In this document: positions 1 to 17,180 of the stretch, in pieces
Numbering within the stretch: the stretch's first letter is position 1
Layout of the letters: each line of letters begins with the position of its first letter
Program-made: the position numbers and the translations under genes
Notes under the pieces: model-generated
What the model was told of the DNA's origin: nothing
Database searches by the model: none
Seen by the model: the letters and a program-made list of their open reading frames with translations, nothing else
NCBI RefSeq assembly: GCF_009914755.1
Contig: NC_060931.1
Source: the human T2T-CHM13v2.0 reference genome, Homo sapiens
DNA: 64,000 bases
Strand: one strand, 5' to 3'

Positions 1-436
1 CTGGGTGCCAGCCTGGGTGGCTCCGGGAGATGAAAATATTGGAGGTGACAGAGTGGGAGGTGAGGAAGAGCCAAGGACACCACAGAAGGAGCCAGTGTGG
101 GAAGGAAAGGGTGAGTGCAGTTTTAGACAGGCTGAATTGGAAGAGACAGATTAAGCCCCAGGAAATGCCCCGAGGCAGGCAGAGGGGCAGAGTTGAGAAC
201 AAAGCCAACGCCTCCCACACTAAGGTGACCCTCAGCCAGGGTAAGCCTTCCGAGTGGCCTCCACATCCTTCTGTGCATGAGCCCCTTCAACTGTCTTCAG
301 AGACCTCCACGTGAACACGGATGGGGTCCTTCTGTCACAGGCCCTGCAGTAGCAGAGGGGCTCCTGTCCTGCTCCTGTGCCCCCCGCAGCACCTCTGCGC
401 GCCCGCCCCACCGCCTAGCGCAGAGCCCCAGCCCAC

Positions 437-660
437 CTCTTCCTGGGCTCTATGAACACGGAGGGCACGCTGGCCGTGGGGTCCAGGATCTTGTCGATCT
501 GCATCTGTGCCCTGCGGTACACCCGGTGTCGCTCCTTAGTGTCGCCCGAGGACAGGTCGTCTACCACCGGGAACTCGTAGTGCCCGCGGCGCTTGGCGCG
601 CAGGCGGATCTTGTTGCGATGGTGCTCGATCTCAGACTTGTGCCGCAGCGCGGTCTGAAT
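437..660 (-). CDS. KIAA1549: KIAA1549 exon 14 (224 nt, phase 0-2) IQTALRHKSEIEHHRNKIRLRAKRRGHYEFP...EPRK
   Basis: ORF 415..720; acceptor ttcctcAG|ATTCAG, donor GAAGAG|gtgggc. Confidence 0.94.
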
Positions 661-695
661 CTGAGGAAGGGTGAGGGAGAGAAAGACAGCCATAG

Positions 696-1050
<355 letters not shown>

Positions 1051-1708
1051 GCAAAGCCTTCTAGGAGCGCCTTCCTGCTATGCTCCTCTCCTCTGGCCCA
1101 CACTTAACTTGCTGTCTGTAAGCTCCACGGAGTCACCGAGAGAGCGACAGGCACAGACCAGGGAGGAGCAGAGACCCTGCCATCCCACGAGCTTTACCCT
1201 CAAGCACTGTGTGGTGCACTGGAGTCTTGTCACCATCCCCCAAAGCAGGGAAAAAAAGTCACTCGAACCTTGGAAATCGGCCAATGACAACTTTAAAGAG
1301 ACATCTGATAACCAGAAAAGAATATTTTCCTCCTTTAGAGATCTTTAATAAATAGGACTGACAGATATAAAGAGGATAATTACCTAGTGTCACCAAAACA
1401 AGTTACCTGACATGAGACCCCCTGCCCCCAGAGTGGTATCCCCAAAGACGGAAACCTGAACTGCGTTGAAGCGTGAGGAGGATCAGAAGCTGAAGTGGCT
1501 CTTTCTGAGGAGGGCAGCCCCTGGTCGGCCGCACTAACACTTTTCTGCATGTCTGCCAATGCGCCCCAGAGTGTCCATGCACAGTATCTGATCTCCAACA
1601 AGCGTGATGTTTTACATTAAGAATCCTTGTCAGCAGCTTATGCCTTCAGTAACTAGTTGACACTGTACCTTGCACTCATTTTCAAACACAGACCCAATAA
1701 GTGTGTGA

Positions 1709-2013
<305 letters not shown>

Positions 2014-2055
2014 CCGAGTTTTTTAAGTAACAGACTTTTAAATAAAAGCAAATAC

Positions 2056-2261
2056 CTCTTTGTTGATTTTATTGCTTTCCGCCACTCGGTCGGCTGGGGA
2101 GGGGCGCTGGACGGGAGGTGCCGGGATCGGCTGCATGGCGATAAGCTGGATCTTACTGGGGACCCGCCGGCTAGCCTCCGGGGGGCGGGAGATCCTGTCC
2201 ACGTGCTCGAAGATGGAGGCTGATGAGTGCTGCTCATTTCCCGAACTGGGCAGTGGTGGCC
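2056..2261 (-). CDS. KIAA1549: KIAA1549 exon 13 (206 nt, phase 1-0) GPPLPSSGNEQ...SNKINKE
   Basis: ORF 2038..2301; acceptor gttccAG|GGCCAC, donor AAAGAG|gtattt. Confidence 0.94.
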
Positions 2262-2869
2262 CTGGAACAGAAGGAAAAGCAAAACACATACACGAAGTCA
2301 TCTAAAGAAACAGCAACTAATCAAAATTGTGAATTATTCTTTAAAGAATCTTTGGATGGGCCTCTGACCAAAAATACATCCCCACTGCAGTAGCAGAGTG
2401 TTTACAATTTCACTCTCTGAGCTTAAATAGTCTGGGCTATATACTGTATCCTCTAACTTCATTAAAAATTACAAGTACCCTAAGAAGAGACGTGAGGAAA
2501 TCATTATGATACTGTGTGAAAAACTGCACTGTTTTGTCTGTGGTTCAAAATCTTCATTCAGAAAGAATATAGGACAGAAGGAGCCTGAAGTTGCTCAGTA
2601 GTCAATAAGCCATTCACAGAACTCTCAGAAAACACATTTATAGCGGCTCTGAACTATTGCTACCATCTGGCAGGGAGCTCGCTGGAGTGATACAAATTCA
2701 GCTGCCAAGGCAATGTCGTACTACAGAGAAAACAGAAGACCAGTACGTGCAGGCAGGTACCAGTTAACAGTGACCACACTTCTGACTTTTCAGTTCTGAT
2801 GTGGAAAGAAAACGAAGTTGAAGACACATGAGAAGAAAAAACCTGTTGCTTGCAGGGAATTAGTTCCTA

Positions 2870-3145
2870 CTTTATTTATTTTTTTAATTTATTTTTTATT
2901 TTTTTGAGACGGAGTCTCACTCTCTCGCCTAGGCTGGATAGTGATTCTCCTGCCTCAGCCTCCTGAGTAGCTGGAATTACAGGAGCATGCCACCATGCCT
3001 AGCTAACTTTTGTATTAATACTTTTAGTAGAGACAAGGTTTCACGATATTGTCCAAGTTGGTCTTGAACTCCTGACCTCAAGTGATCCACCTGCCTCGGC
3101 CTCCCAAAGTGCTGGGATTACAGGCAGGAGCCACCGGGCCCGGCG
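2870..3145 (-). mobile_element. Alu with an internal deletion in the right arm
   Basis: Alu consensus jumps ggctgga>tagtgattctcc; TSD tagttcctacttta. Confidence 0.88.
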
Positions 3146-3520
3146 CTAGTTCCTACTTTAAAAACAGTTGAAGAGTACATGTATAAATGGTTACATGGCA
3201 AATTTTAGGCCATGTATATTCAACCACAATAATTTTCTTAAAAACTAATCAGAACTGTGAAAAAAAAAAAAAAGAAATTCAAATGCACAAAAAAAAAGAC
3301 AGAAAAGAAACACTTAAAAATATTAACAGAGACTGAATCTTCACATGATGGGTGATTTTTCCCCATGTCTTTTATTTTTGATAATGAGGATTTTCTGTAA
3401 TAAGTATTATTTTTACAGTAGAGATAATCCCAATACACTTTAATTTTGAAAAAAGAGAAAGAGAAAAATGAAGACGGGCTGAGTAGAAAGAGCTAGTTAC
3501 TCACACTTAAGAAGATCAAC

Positions 3521-3822
3521 TGGCCAGGCACAATGGCTCATGCCTGTCATCCCAGCACTTTGAGAGGCTGAGGCAAGAGGATTGCTTGAGCCCAGGAGTT
3601 TGAGACCAGCCTGGGCAACATAGTTAAGACCTTGTCTCTACAATTTTTTTTAATTAGTTGGGCGTGGTGGCACATGCCTGTAGTCCTAGTCACTCAGAAG
3701 GCTGAGGTGGGAGGATCCCTTAAGCCCAGGAGGTAGAGGGTGCAGTGAGCCGAGATCATGTCTCTACATTCCAGCCTGGGTGACAGAGTGAGACCCTGTC
3801 CCCCAACCCCCGCCAAAAAAAG
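3521..3822 (+). mobile_element. Alu (J-type)
   Basis: ggccaggcacaatggctca...; TSD aagatcaact. Confidence 0.88.
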
Positions 3823-4819
3823 ATCAACTGATGCCCTTCTTCTAATCAGCCAGTCACTTCTGGATGTTGCTTTCAAATAAATGGCCAGCAGGCTGACAGA
3901 GGGAATACGCACATGCAGAAAGTGCTTCTAAACAAAAGCCTAACATTTGAAACTTCAAAGCATAAGTGAAAAACACAAAGGTCTCTCCTCGGTGTAAAAA
4001 ACATAGATGAGCAAAGCAGTAAGAAGCAGTAGTTGATGTTTCATATAAGGAAAGCACAGCATTGCTATGTAAATCTGTATTTTCTCTCAATTTGAATTAC
4101 ATTCATTATCCCAAGCAATCAGAAGTCATTTGGCTGATTCTGAATGAATGATGTCTGTCTGAGCCAGAGGACACCATTGTCTGGACTCCAGCTATGCTCA
4201 AGCTTTCTTTCTTGGCCCCATACCTAGAAGGAACCTGACTATTTGTGCATTTGTGCAATGGAAGCACAGCCAGGCACCACCATTCATCGGTGGCAGCTAC
4301 TCAAGTTGCAGGCATAATGCCTAAAAGGAGATCATGAGCTTCTCCAGACAGGCTAGCCCTGCTTAACCCAGACTTATAGAGTAACAATAAATGTCACAGA
4401 GGGTAGCCCATTAAGCTACTGATACCTAGAAGTGGGATCACTTTCCTCCAGGGTGGCAGAGACTTCTGGGTTGCTGGGAGACAAAGGTGACAGGCATTAA
4501 AAAAAAAAAAAAAAAAAGGCCCCTCCCTACTGGGCTGTCAGCCCTGCCTGGGTACCACTGGAGCAGCAGCCTAAGACTGGGCTCCTGTCCAGAGCCCGGC
4601 TCACCCCCTCCCACTGTAGTCACGGCCCTTGCTTCACCCTCGCTGAACTGTTCACAGACTGCAACCAGAGGAGGGGATGCACAAACCCTGGGCCACTCTA
4701 CAGAGCTGAGGGACCAAGCGGAGGAGAGGAAATAAGAGGTGCAGAAAATCTTCCAGCTTCCATACTGCCCAGAAGCCAGTCCTTCAACATGGCTGAAAAG
4801 AGGGGCTTTAAATTTTTTT

Positions 4820-5020
4820 ACATATACATATAATATATATCACACATATATATTATATAATTATATCACACATATTATATATTAGTATATATTTTTGTTT
4901 ATAGAACTGTATATGTAATATATAATTAGTAATTAGTAATATATTACTATTAGTAATTATATATTACATACTTCTATATCATATATTAATAAATATAATT
5001 ATATAATATATATTATTGTT
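4820..5020. repeat. AT-rich (TA)n-like low-complexity tract
   Basis: about 200 nt almost entirely A/T with tatatat/taatta motifs. Confidence 0.85.
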
Positions 5021-5209
5021 TGCTATGCATTGCACAATTTTTCTAAAAAAGCTCCCTGGGTAATAATGATTAGTACAAAGCACAATGGACACACAGAGAT
5101 TAATGCTGTGTGAATCCTGCCTTAAGGCTAGTAGGAACTTGGGATTAAAACCCCTTTCTCTTCAATTATTTTTTAAAAGTAATGATATAAATTTTACTAT
5201 AGAGTCAAG

Positions 5210-6545
<1,336 letters not shown>

Positions 6546-6683
6546 AATTACAGCATATGGGATTGTATAGAACAGGATAATGTCAACAAAGCAGAATGAA
6601 AGAGAATAGTTCAGCCTGAATTACTAAAATGACAAAGCAAGAGAGCATTTTTAAAGAAATATTATTTCATTATCTACAAGTAA

Positions 6684-6932
<249 letters not shown>

Positions 6933-7258
6933 TAATGTGCGCAACCCACGTTAACATCCTGTGAGACAGCAATCACATTTATCTCATCTTCATTGTATAT
7001 CACCAGCACCTGACCACAGGCACTTAGCAAGCATTTGCTAAACGGATGACTCAATGACTACAGTCATCTCCACTATGTTTATAAAATTTTACCTTGAAAA
7101 GGTCTCTAGGAATCTGCCTTCATGAAAAGATAAGAATTCTACTTTATGATCTCAATCATTTTATAAATGGTACAGTACTCCAAAATTACTTGAAAAACTT
7201 CATTGTTATATGTACTCAATCTCATTTAAACTATTTTGCAAACTCTTTTAATTTTTTT

Positions 7259-7364
7259 AAAATATGGAATGCTTCCCCAATATGCATGTCATCCTTGCAC
7301 AGGGGCCACGCTCATCTTCTTTGTTGCCTTTCAATTTTAGTCTATATGCTGCTGAAGCGAGCAC
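7259..7364 (-). pseudogene. U6 snRNA retropseudogene, full length and diverged
   Basis: Reverse complement GTGCTCGCTTCAGCAGCATATAGACTAAAATTG...GGCCCCTGTGCAAGGATGACATGCA...TTCCATATTTT aligns end to end with U6; short A-tail and degenerate TSD (tgcaaactctttta / tgcaagctcctta). Confidence 0.93.
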
Positions 7365-8110
7365 TGCAAGCTCCTTAGCACATGCAAAAGTCAGTGTCAG
7401 CTTGGTTTGCACATGAAATTCTAGAATTTGGAATTTGTGGAATTCAAATGAAGTTTTAACTACTTAAAAATCACACACTTGCACACATGCAATCTAAGGA
7501 GAGCATAAAAGAATGCTGAGTATTTTGCAATCCTTACCTACTTGGTATATTCCTGATGATAAAGGGGAGCGAGAGAAAAACTACAATTATGCACAGACGC
7601 AGCAATGGCAGCCCATCTCCTGCCTCATCTCTCCCTTCACATCTTCACTAAGGGGATCCAGTGGTTATGATTTGAGTTATTTTAAAGCTAGAATAGCTGG
7701 GAACACAGTGACATCTGAGTAAATAATCTCTTAAGGGTTCATGGATGGCCATGAGGGTATGTGTCAGGGCCTAGTCACCTTCCAAAAACAGTCAGCTGGA
7801 AAAGGAATAAAGCACAACCTCCAATTTACCAAAACTGAAACAACAGTGTTCTCTCAGCTTCCATTGCAAGGTGGGTCCTTAATATGCCACATGACCTGGG
7901 ACAGTCGTCAACAGCCTTGCCAAGAAGCCTAAAGAGAGCCGGTAGCTGTACCACCCGCAGGAGTGAGAGGGAACGCTGGTCCCATGGCAACATGGAAGAG
8001 GGCTCCATAATGGATCTCAAGCAGCCTCCCTCCCCGCTCCCCACCTCCATTAATTTTTACTTCATTACGACTTTCAACAAAAGAAATATTTTTATGTGAA
8101 TTATAAAACA

Positions 8111-8420
8111 GGCCGAACATGGTGGCTCACGCCTGTAATCCCAGCACTTTGGGAGGCCGAGGTGGGCAGATCACATAAGGCCAGGAGTTCAAGACCAGCC
8201 TGGCCAACATGGCAAAACCCCATTTCTACTAAAAATACAAAAATTGGCCAGGTGTGGTGGTATACGTCTGTAATCCCAGCTACTCGGGAGGCTGAGTCAT
8301 GAGAATCGTTTGAGCCTGGGAGGCAGAGGTTGCAGTGAGCCAAGATAGCACCACTGCCCTACAGCCTAGGCAACAGGAAGAGACTCTGTCTCAAAAAGCA
8401 AAAAATTTTAAAAAATAAAA
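8111..8420 (+). mobile_element. Alu (S-type)
   Basis: Alu consensus. Confidence 0.9.
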
Positions 8421-9090
8421 TAACTGAAAGCTAGGAGAAAAACTCAGAATATTTTAAAATAGGATATTTAATTTTCTATGCAAGCAATAAAATACCTACA
8501 CAGCAGCATTAAAGCTATCTAATGGCACCTTTCAAGAAGTAAAGTTCTAAAAGTAAATTGATATTTATAGTGAGAAAACTATCTTTCTACAACATGAAAA
8601 TAATGTACAGATTCTGCTATCTCTTCAAATTGTAACAGCAGCATCTGAGCTTCTAATATTCACAAAATCATCTAATTCGCTTCTTTCCTTCACATTCAAG
8701 CTCTCGGTCCCAGAGCTGTGATGCTTACTACCTGGATTCTGAGCCTATGTTGAGAGTGGTGTTTGATTTTTGTTATTCTTATAGAATATACTGGCTGTAA
8801 TACCATCAGAAGGCATTAAATGCAGGCACTGAAAGTAAGGTTTTCTCAGATAAGCAATGAACAGAACTTGGAAAAATCCAGAGCTCTTTCCACGCCCCCC
8901 CAAATATTTCTTTCCAAGGATCAAAACGAGATTCTAATCCTGTCTATCTGAAACAGTATCGGTTACCATGGTGCTAAATAATTTTTAAGATTTTGAAAAA
9001 CCACATCCAAAGAAAAAACTCTTCCCTTTTTCTAAGGGGATGTCCTTAACATTACAAAAGAACCAAGTGGAAGGAGCTGGAAGGAACTTC

Positions 9091-9251
9091 AAGGACCAGC
9101 TAGTGCAGCCCCACAGGAGCCTTGAAGGCTGAGCAACCCGCGAGGCCACAAGCGTGTCAGTGAGAGGAGACAAGGACAGGCTAGGGCAGCCCCACAGGAG
9201 CCTCAAAGGCTGAGCCACCCGCGAGGCCACAAGCGTGTCAGTGAGAGGAGA
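9091..9251. repeat. Tandem duplication, 2 x 81 bp
   Basis: gcagccccacaggagcct..aaggctgagc.acccgcgaggccacaagcgtgtcagtgagaggaga at 9105 and 9186. Confidence 0.92.
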
Positions 9252-9364
9252 GGCCCCTGGGCTTCTGTCCAGTCTGTTCATTTCTAGAATACAGTTCACT
9301 CTGCACTGCATTTCCATACAGAGAAATTTATGATTAAAAACTGTAAGTATAAAAATTCCTATTA

Positions 9365-9720
<356 letters not shown>

Positions 9721-10436
9721 TCAATCCTTAAATAAAAATAAACCTCCAGCAAATACAACAGCTGCAGTAGCACATCTATTTAATACAACCTGTTACACTA
9801 AAAACAAGCTACCTTGCTATCACTCCAAAAAAATGCTCCCAAGTCTAAAGACTTGTGGGTCTCACTTTATTACAGTGCATCAGCCTTAACAGTCATACCC
9901 TTTAGAACAGGAGTGAAGTTCATTTTATACCTGGCCTGTGAAGCTGTCTGTGACTCCCAAAGTAAACATGCTAAACCATCTGATCACACTAAACCACCTG
10001 GTGGAAGAAAGATCTAGGAACAGAACTTAACATAATTGACTTGGGCCTATGATAAACAAACAACTTTCTGACTGACAGTTGTGAATCCTGGAATTGGTTC
10101 CTAAGAAAGCTATTGAATCCTGGGGGCAGTTTTTGAGACTCTGGTTTCAGTGTGCTTCCTCCTTGACCTCTGGGCAGGCAAATCGTGAGGACTCTTAACT
10201 AGAGTGAAGCGAGGCTATTAACCTTAAGACGTACCCCAGTGAATCCCTGGCCCCAAAGCAGACACCAATACCACGTTAGATGGTGACAACTGGTGCTAAG
10301 AAACCACAGGAATGATGAATTTTCCATTTCCCAGATTTCTTTTTTAAGGGTTTAGCATTTGAAATACTGTAAGGCCCCAGCCTTTGGACTCTCATAGGGA
10401 CTACTTTTAATGGGAAGAACCAGAAGAGTCACAGAC

Positions 10437-10552
10437 CGCTCTGCGGAGCTCTGTGGGACCTGCCATCGTTGACGGCTCCCGGCGTCTTATCTCCTGCGTC
10501 CCTCTCGCTGGACTCTTCACTGACCGTAGAGTCAGCATCTGAGGGAGAAACT
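10437..10552 (-). CDS. KIAA1549: KIAA1549 exon 12 (116 nt, phase 2-1) VSPSDADSTVSEESSERD...RAPQS
   Basis: ORF 10429..10785; acceptor gtctgcAG|AGTTTC, donor CAGAGCG|gtctgt. Confidence 0.93.
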
Positions 10553-12286
10553 CTGCAGACACAAAATGAATTGCAAACATTAGAAACAAGAAAGAATGAA
10601 AAGGAAAAAGTCCCATTAATTTGTGTGTGGAAGTCAGGCTTCCAGGCAAAACCAGCAGAAATGAAACGGTCCAAAAAATTATTCCATAGCACAGCGTCTT
10701 CAAGGATCACATTAACACCACAGTCACCTCCTGAAGACAGATTAACACGGCTTACTAAATGGCTCAGCAGGCTGCATTTCAACAAATGCTAGACAATTAA
10801 GTGCCAGATAGGAGGAAGGTCCCACAGTTACCAGGGCTCAAGGCCCAGCCCCTGGCCCCTAGTCTTTTCTGGACCAGCAGTCTGGGTTTAGCATGAGTTG
10901 GATCAAACAGGACCTGGGGTTCACGATTAACTAGGTCTGCAGAATCCTCAGGATGCTAGAGTAGCTATGCAGTCACCCCAAATAACTCCAGATCTTTGGA
11001 AGGTGCTTACACTGAGATCTGATTCTTTATATAAAAAGCAAGAGTACTGTGGCACCCAGCTTGCACCAGGGAAAATTCCTTCATCAGTTGGCTCCCTGGC
11101 TTCAATGACAATGTGGAATGCCAAGACATTCTGGTGCCCAGAAAGATGCTAAAACATTGTATTAACCATGCAGACCATTGAGCTATCATGACTAAATGTC
11201 AATGACAAGGCTACCAGGCAAGAAAAAAAAAATACTTTGCAAAATTTTACTTGCATATTAAATAATCTTCAATGATTCCATTTATTCTTAGCCTGCAAAA
11301 TAATTAATCAAATAGCATCTCTCTACATAACTCATTTTCTTTTGTAAAGATCATGTTCTGACATCTATTACACTCTTATAACTAGGCCAGAACCCCTGGG
11401 GTAGGTTTCCTGATAAGACAGAAGTCATGACATCGTTTCAAATGTTGATATGATCACACACTTTTTTTTGCTCTTAGCAGGAAATCAGGATTTGGCGTTC
11501 CAAAGCTCAAAGAAAGGCTGACAACAGGAGGCTTCAGTAGCCAAAGCCTGACGGTGCGATGATGGAAAGTCAACTTAATAAACCCGATTCTGAACTCTGT
11601 CTTCTTTCACAGAGCTACAGCCCTTCTCACAGGGTCAGAGGGTGAGAAGGGGCTTCCAGGTAGCCTGGAAAACTAATAGGCAATTCTCCATGTGCTATAC
11701 TTTGAGAGGGGGAATGGGGAGCGAGGCAGGGAGGAGGCGGTGAAGAGTCTTGTGTGATATCCTGACAAAGGTGACATACATAAGCAGCCAGAGAAAAACA
11801 AAGCAAACGCAGGAGGATGTGATGAAGGTCACCTGCAGGCAAAGCAATGAAGTCACAGCAGCTGCTGGCATCCCAGGCATGGACACAGCAGTCCACACAG
11901 GCTGAGCGTGTACCATGTGCTGTGCACTCCTTCTATGTTATTTCTGATATTATCTCCATGAGGCCTAGCATGCTCCCCTCAGGATATATACACATGAGCT
12001 GGTCAATCTCTAATCAAGTCTGATGGGGACCCCTAAACCATCACAGATAGTGATTCATGATCTTCAACCGTGTGGGGAAAGAAATCACACAGCCTTCTTT
12101 GGCAGCCCGTGAGAGTGGCTCGGAAACACTCTTGGGCTCCTGTGTGACTTTGGGCAAGTCATCAGTCTGCTGGGCTGCACATGCAGGGCTGCGCTCACCA
12201 TCAGCCCCTGTGACATCAGAAACTCACAGCCTGATAACAGAAGCATGCTCTGCAACAAAGAATAATACAGAAAGCCCAATAATAAC

Positions 12287-12483
12287 CTTCCTCTGTGACG
12301 AACATTCTTGGAAGGGATCTTTGACTTGGGGCTTGGCACGTCTCCATTTTCCGAGGGCGTGGTGTGGTCCTTCAGAGGTCCTGGCAGTGGCGCTGGCTCA
12401 TGAATAATCAATATGTCGTCTTTATTGTGCTGACCCAGATGCTGCTTAGCAAAATCGAAGCCCTTCACACTAGGGATCTGCAG
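12287..12483 (-). CDS. KIAA1549: KIAA1549 exon 11 (197 nt, phase 0-2) LQIPSVKGFDFAKQHLGQ...NVRHRG
   Basis: ORF 12085..12504; acceptor gtttcAG|CTGCAG, donor GGAAG|gttatt. Confidence 0.93.
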
Positions 12484-12779
12484 CTGAAACATACACACAC
12501 ACAAACAAGATTGTTAACCCGGAATCCAAGGCTGATGAGAGGAGCACAACTTCTGACCCAAGACTGTGCTGGCAATTCCACAACTCCAATCCAACAAGCA
12601 TCGCTAGAACATGGACTGCATGCCAGGTTCTGTTTATACCCAGAGTTCCAGGAGAAGACAGGCACTTGTGAAAGATTAAACAAGAGTACACGGATTAAAT
12701 AGCTAGACCCTAGGACAACACCTGACCTGCTATCACAGCAGCATACCATGTGCCATGTGGCAGGAGCAAGATATTCTTT

Positions 12780-13700
12780 ATAGGGTAATGGGGACCAAAG
12801 CCAGGCCTTGAGAACAGACAGGACTTGGAAACAGAAAGAGGAGGCTACAAAGAGAATGTTCTAGATCATATCAGGAAGCAGAGAACACTGAGGACTGGGA
12901 AGAAATCACATTGGCTATGCTAGATGGGTCAGAGCATAGGAGCACGAGAGAAAAGTCCAGTCCGTATATGGATGACTCCAAAAACGCCAGCTTCTGGAGC
13001 TGGCCCTCTGGGAAACCAGAAAACCACTAAACATTTCTAAACAGGCAGATTTCTAAAATACAAGCACACAGGACACCAAGGAAGCAGGAGGAGAGCCTGG
13101 CCATGCGCATAAAACCACAAAGACATGAGCCCCAAATCTTAGCAGTGAACATGGGAAGGAATGAACAGCTCTAGGGATCAGGCAGAAAGACCTAGAAGCC
13201 AAATAGACAAGAGAGGCAAAGGAAGAGAAAGAAGCCATTGAGGACGTGAATTTCACGTGAAGAGTGAAAGTGACGTTAAGGGAAAGAGGCGAGTCATATA
13301 GGAATGATGGCTCGAGACAAAATGACAGGTTTCATTTCAAACACGCTTAATTTGAGGCCCCAAAGGATGTCAGCTTGGTGTAGCTGGAGGTGAGGAACCA
13401 TAGCCTGGGGGAACTTGCAGGCTCAGATGTGACTTCAAGAACCACCCACATAAAGGAGACAGGTAGGGGAGCTGAGTTTTTCAACATAAATACAGATTCT
13501 GTGGATAAAGTGTTGGAGAACATCTAATAGTTTGGGGCTAAGAAGAGAAAAAGGAAACAAGGAAGAAAATAGAATGTGATTTCAAAGAAACAGAAGAATT
13601 TGGAAAGTTCCATGTAGTAGAAGCAAAGGGAACAAAGAATTTCTAGAAAGAAGTAGTCAAAAGAAGTAATGGGGCACAAAACCGAAGGAGAAAGGGCTCT
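12780..13700. mobile_element. Probable old L2 remnant
   Basis: Purine-rich degenerate L2-like text; assigned by eye. Confidence 0.4.
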
Positions 13701-13868
13701 TCAAAAACGTGCCCCACTCAAACCAGTGGATGCAGGATTCCTCTCCAGGGATACAAGCATCACCCCACACCAAACCCATGACAGACCCCTGAGCCTGCAA
13801 CTAGGGATGCCAGGCCTCAGCTTCTAGAGCTGTGGTAAGATATTATGTCATCAAACATGCTATTTGTT

Positions 13869-13987
13869 GGCTGGGCACGGTGGCTCACATCTGTAATCCC
13901 AGCATTTCGGGAGGCTGAATCGGGCAGATCACCTGAGGTCAGGAGTTCGAGACCAGCCTGGCCAACATGGTGAAACCCCATCTCCAC

Positions 13988-14018
<31 letters not shown>

Positions 14019-14188
14019 CAGCCAGACATGGTATGGTGGTGCACACCTGTAATCCCAGCTACTCGGGAGGGTGAGGCAGGAGAATCACTTCAACCTAGGA
14101 GTTGGAGATTTCAGTAAACTGAGATCGCGCCACTGCACTCCAGCCCAGGTGAAAGAGTAAGACTCCATCTCAAAAAAAAAAAAAAAAA
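13869..14188 (+). mobile_element. Alu (S-type) with a middle A-tract expanded to about 28 A
   Basis: Alu consensus. Confidence 0.92.
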
Positions 14189-14212
14189 GCCATTTGTTAT
14201 TGTTCACATTTC

Positions 14213-14534
<322 letters not shown>

Positions 14535-15812
14535 TAGAAATGTGGACAATAACAGTATTTCTGATGACATGAAAAGTGTCAAGGTATTAACAGTTTCCTT
14601 AATTCAAGCTTGCAAAGCACAGGGAAATAAACTGCACAGCAATGGTCGTCCCAAGGGGTCTCCTCCATGGAATGCCAAAAGCAAACCGAAGCCTTCCCTC
14701 CTGCCCAGGCATATTCCACATCCACACAGTGACACTCTGAAACACTTCTCTGGTCTTCATCCCAGTTTCCTGGTGTACACCGCCTAAAATACGTGGAGTC
14801 TCCTGAGGATGTCTTTTTACAGGCTAATGAGTTGACTGATGACCAGCAGCCCCAAGGTAGCTGCAGGATGGGGGCTGCTCACCACAGAGCCCCAGGCATG
14901 ATACAAGGGTCAGGGCATTCAGCCCCACCCCCCAACCTTCAGGGAGGGAAGAGGGGCTGAAGGTTAAGTTGATCACCAATAGCCAATGGTTAAGTTGATC
15001 ACCATAGCCAAACAGGCCTATGTAAAGCAGCCTCCTGAAAAACGCAAAAGGGCAGGGTCCAGGGAGCTTCTGGAAGGCTGAACACTGTGGAGGTTCCTGG
15101 AAGGTAGCACCCCCACGGAGGGCACAGAAGCTCTGTACCCCCGATTCCCCCCACACCTCACCCTATGCATCTCTTCATTTGTGCGCTTGCGCTTTGAAAT
15201 ATCTGTAAACTAAGAACAAAATCCTAAGCCCCCAACCTACTGAACAGGCCCCCTCTTGGCCAAAGGGACTTCAGAGAAACCTGAAAAACCGAGTTCTTGG
15301 CTGTAGCAGGAAGGGAGGTGGGACACGCATCATTACAGCCCTTCCCTTGTAGAGTTTAGGCAAAACTGACCAGCATTAATATTAAAACCGAGATTATAAG
15401 ACAGATAGAACAGATTCTTTGTGGTAATAAGATACCAAATTATAAACAAGACCTAAAGCCATGCAAAGGAGTGTTAAGTCACACCTACGAACAATAAAAT
15501 CTGGTTAAATTGTTTTTGTTTTTGTTTAATTAACCCGGTATAATGTGGCTTACTTTCTAACCTGACTCTGGTATAGCATCACATGGCAGACAGCAGACCC
15601 CTTATCTTAACTTAAGCATTCCTTTGAAGTGACTTTCGGTCTTTAGACAAAACTTAACTCTCTCAACCAATTGCCAACTAAAGAATCCTGAAACACACCT
15701 ATGACTTGTAAGCCCCTCAGTTCAAGATATCCCGCCCTTTCAGGCCAAGCTTCTATGTATTGGGTTATTTCTTCTCCTGTAACTCCTGTCTCCTTAAAAT
15801 GTTTATGTGGAG

Positions 15813-16485
<673 letters not shown>

Positions 16486-17180
16486 GTATCAACCCAAATT
16501 GTAATCTGACCGCCTTGGGCCATTTACTCACAGCTTCTTGGGCTCGTGCTTTCTCAGGGCCATGGTCACTCATACTGGCTTGGAATAAACCTCTTTAAGA
16601 TATTTTACAGAGTCTGGTTTTTCTGTTAACATATCCTTTGTGATAAACTGGTAAACAAAAGTAAGTGTTTCCCCAAGTCCTGTGAACTGCTCTAGCAAAT
16701 TAATCAAACCCAAAAAGCGATGGTGGGAACCTCAACTTGAAGCCAGTCGGTCAGAAGTTCTGGAGACCTACACTTGTGATGGGTGCGGGTGGAGGAGGAC
16801 AGTCTTGGGGACTCAGCCCTCCACCTGTAGGATCTGAGGCTACCTCCCAGTGGACAGTGTCGGAACTGAATTCAAGGACACCCAGCTGATAACTGCTGCT
16901 TGGTGTGTGAGGAAAGCCCCCCCCCAAATTCGGTCACAGAAGTCTCCTGTGTTGACTGTTGTGTGGTGTGAGAGCAGAGGAGAAACATGGTTCGAGTTTT
17001 TCCACTCACACACACACCCCTACAGAGTCCTGTCAGTCAAAAGACAAAGGCCAAACAGATCTAAGGAGTGATTTTAGACAATATATTACACACAGAAACA
17101 AAAGGCTTTGTCTTATTTGTGCTAACTTTATGCACAAATGAGTGACAACATCAGTGGCTTAGGTCTGTGACCTAAGGTCT

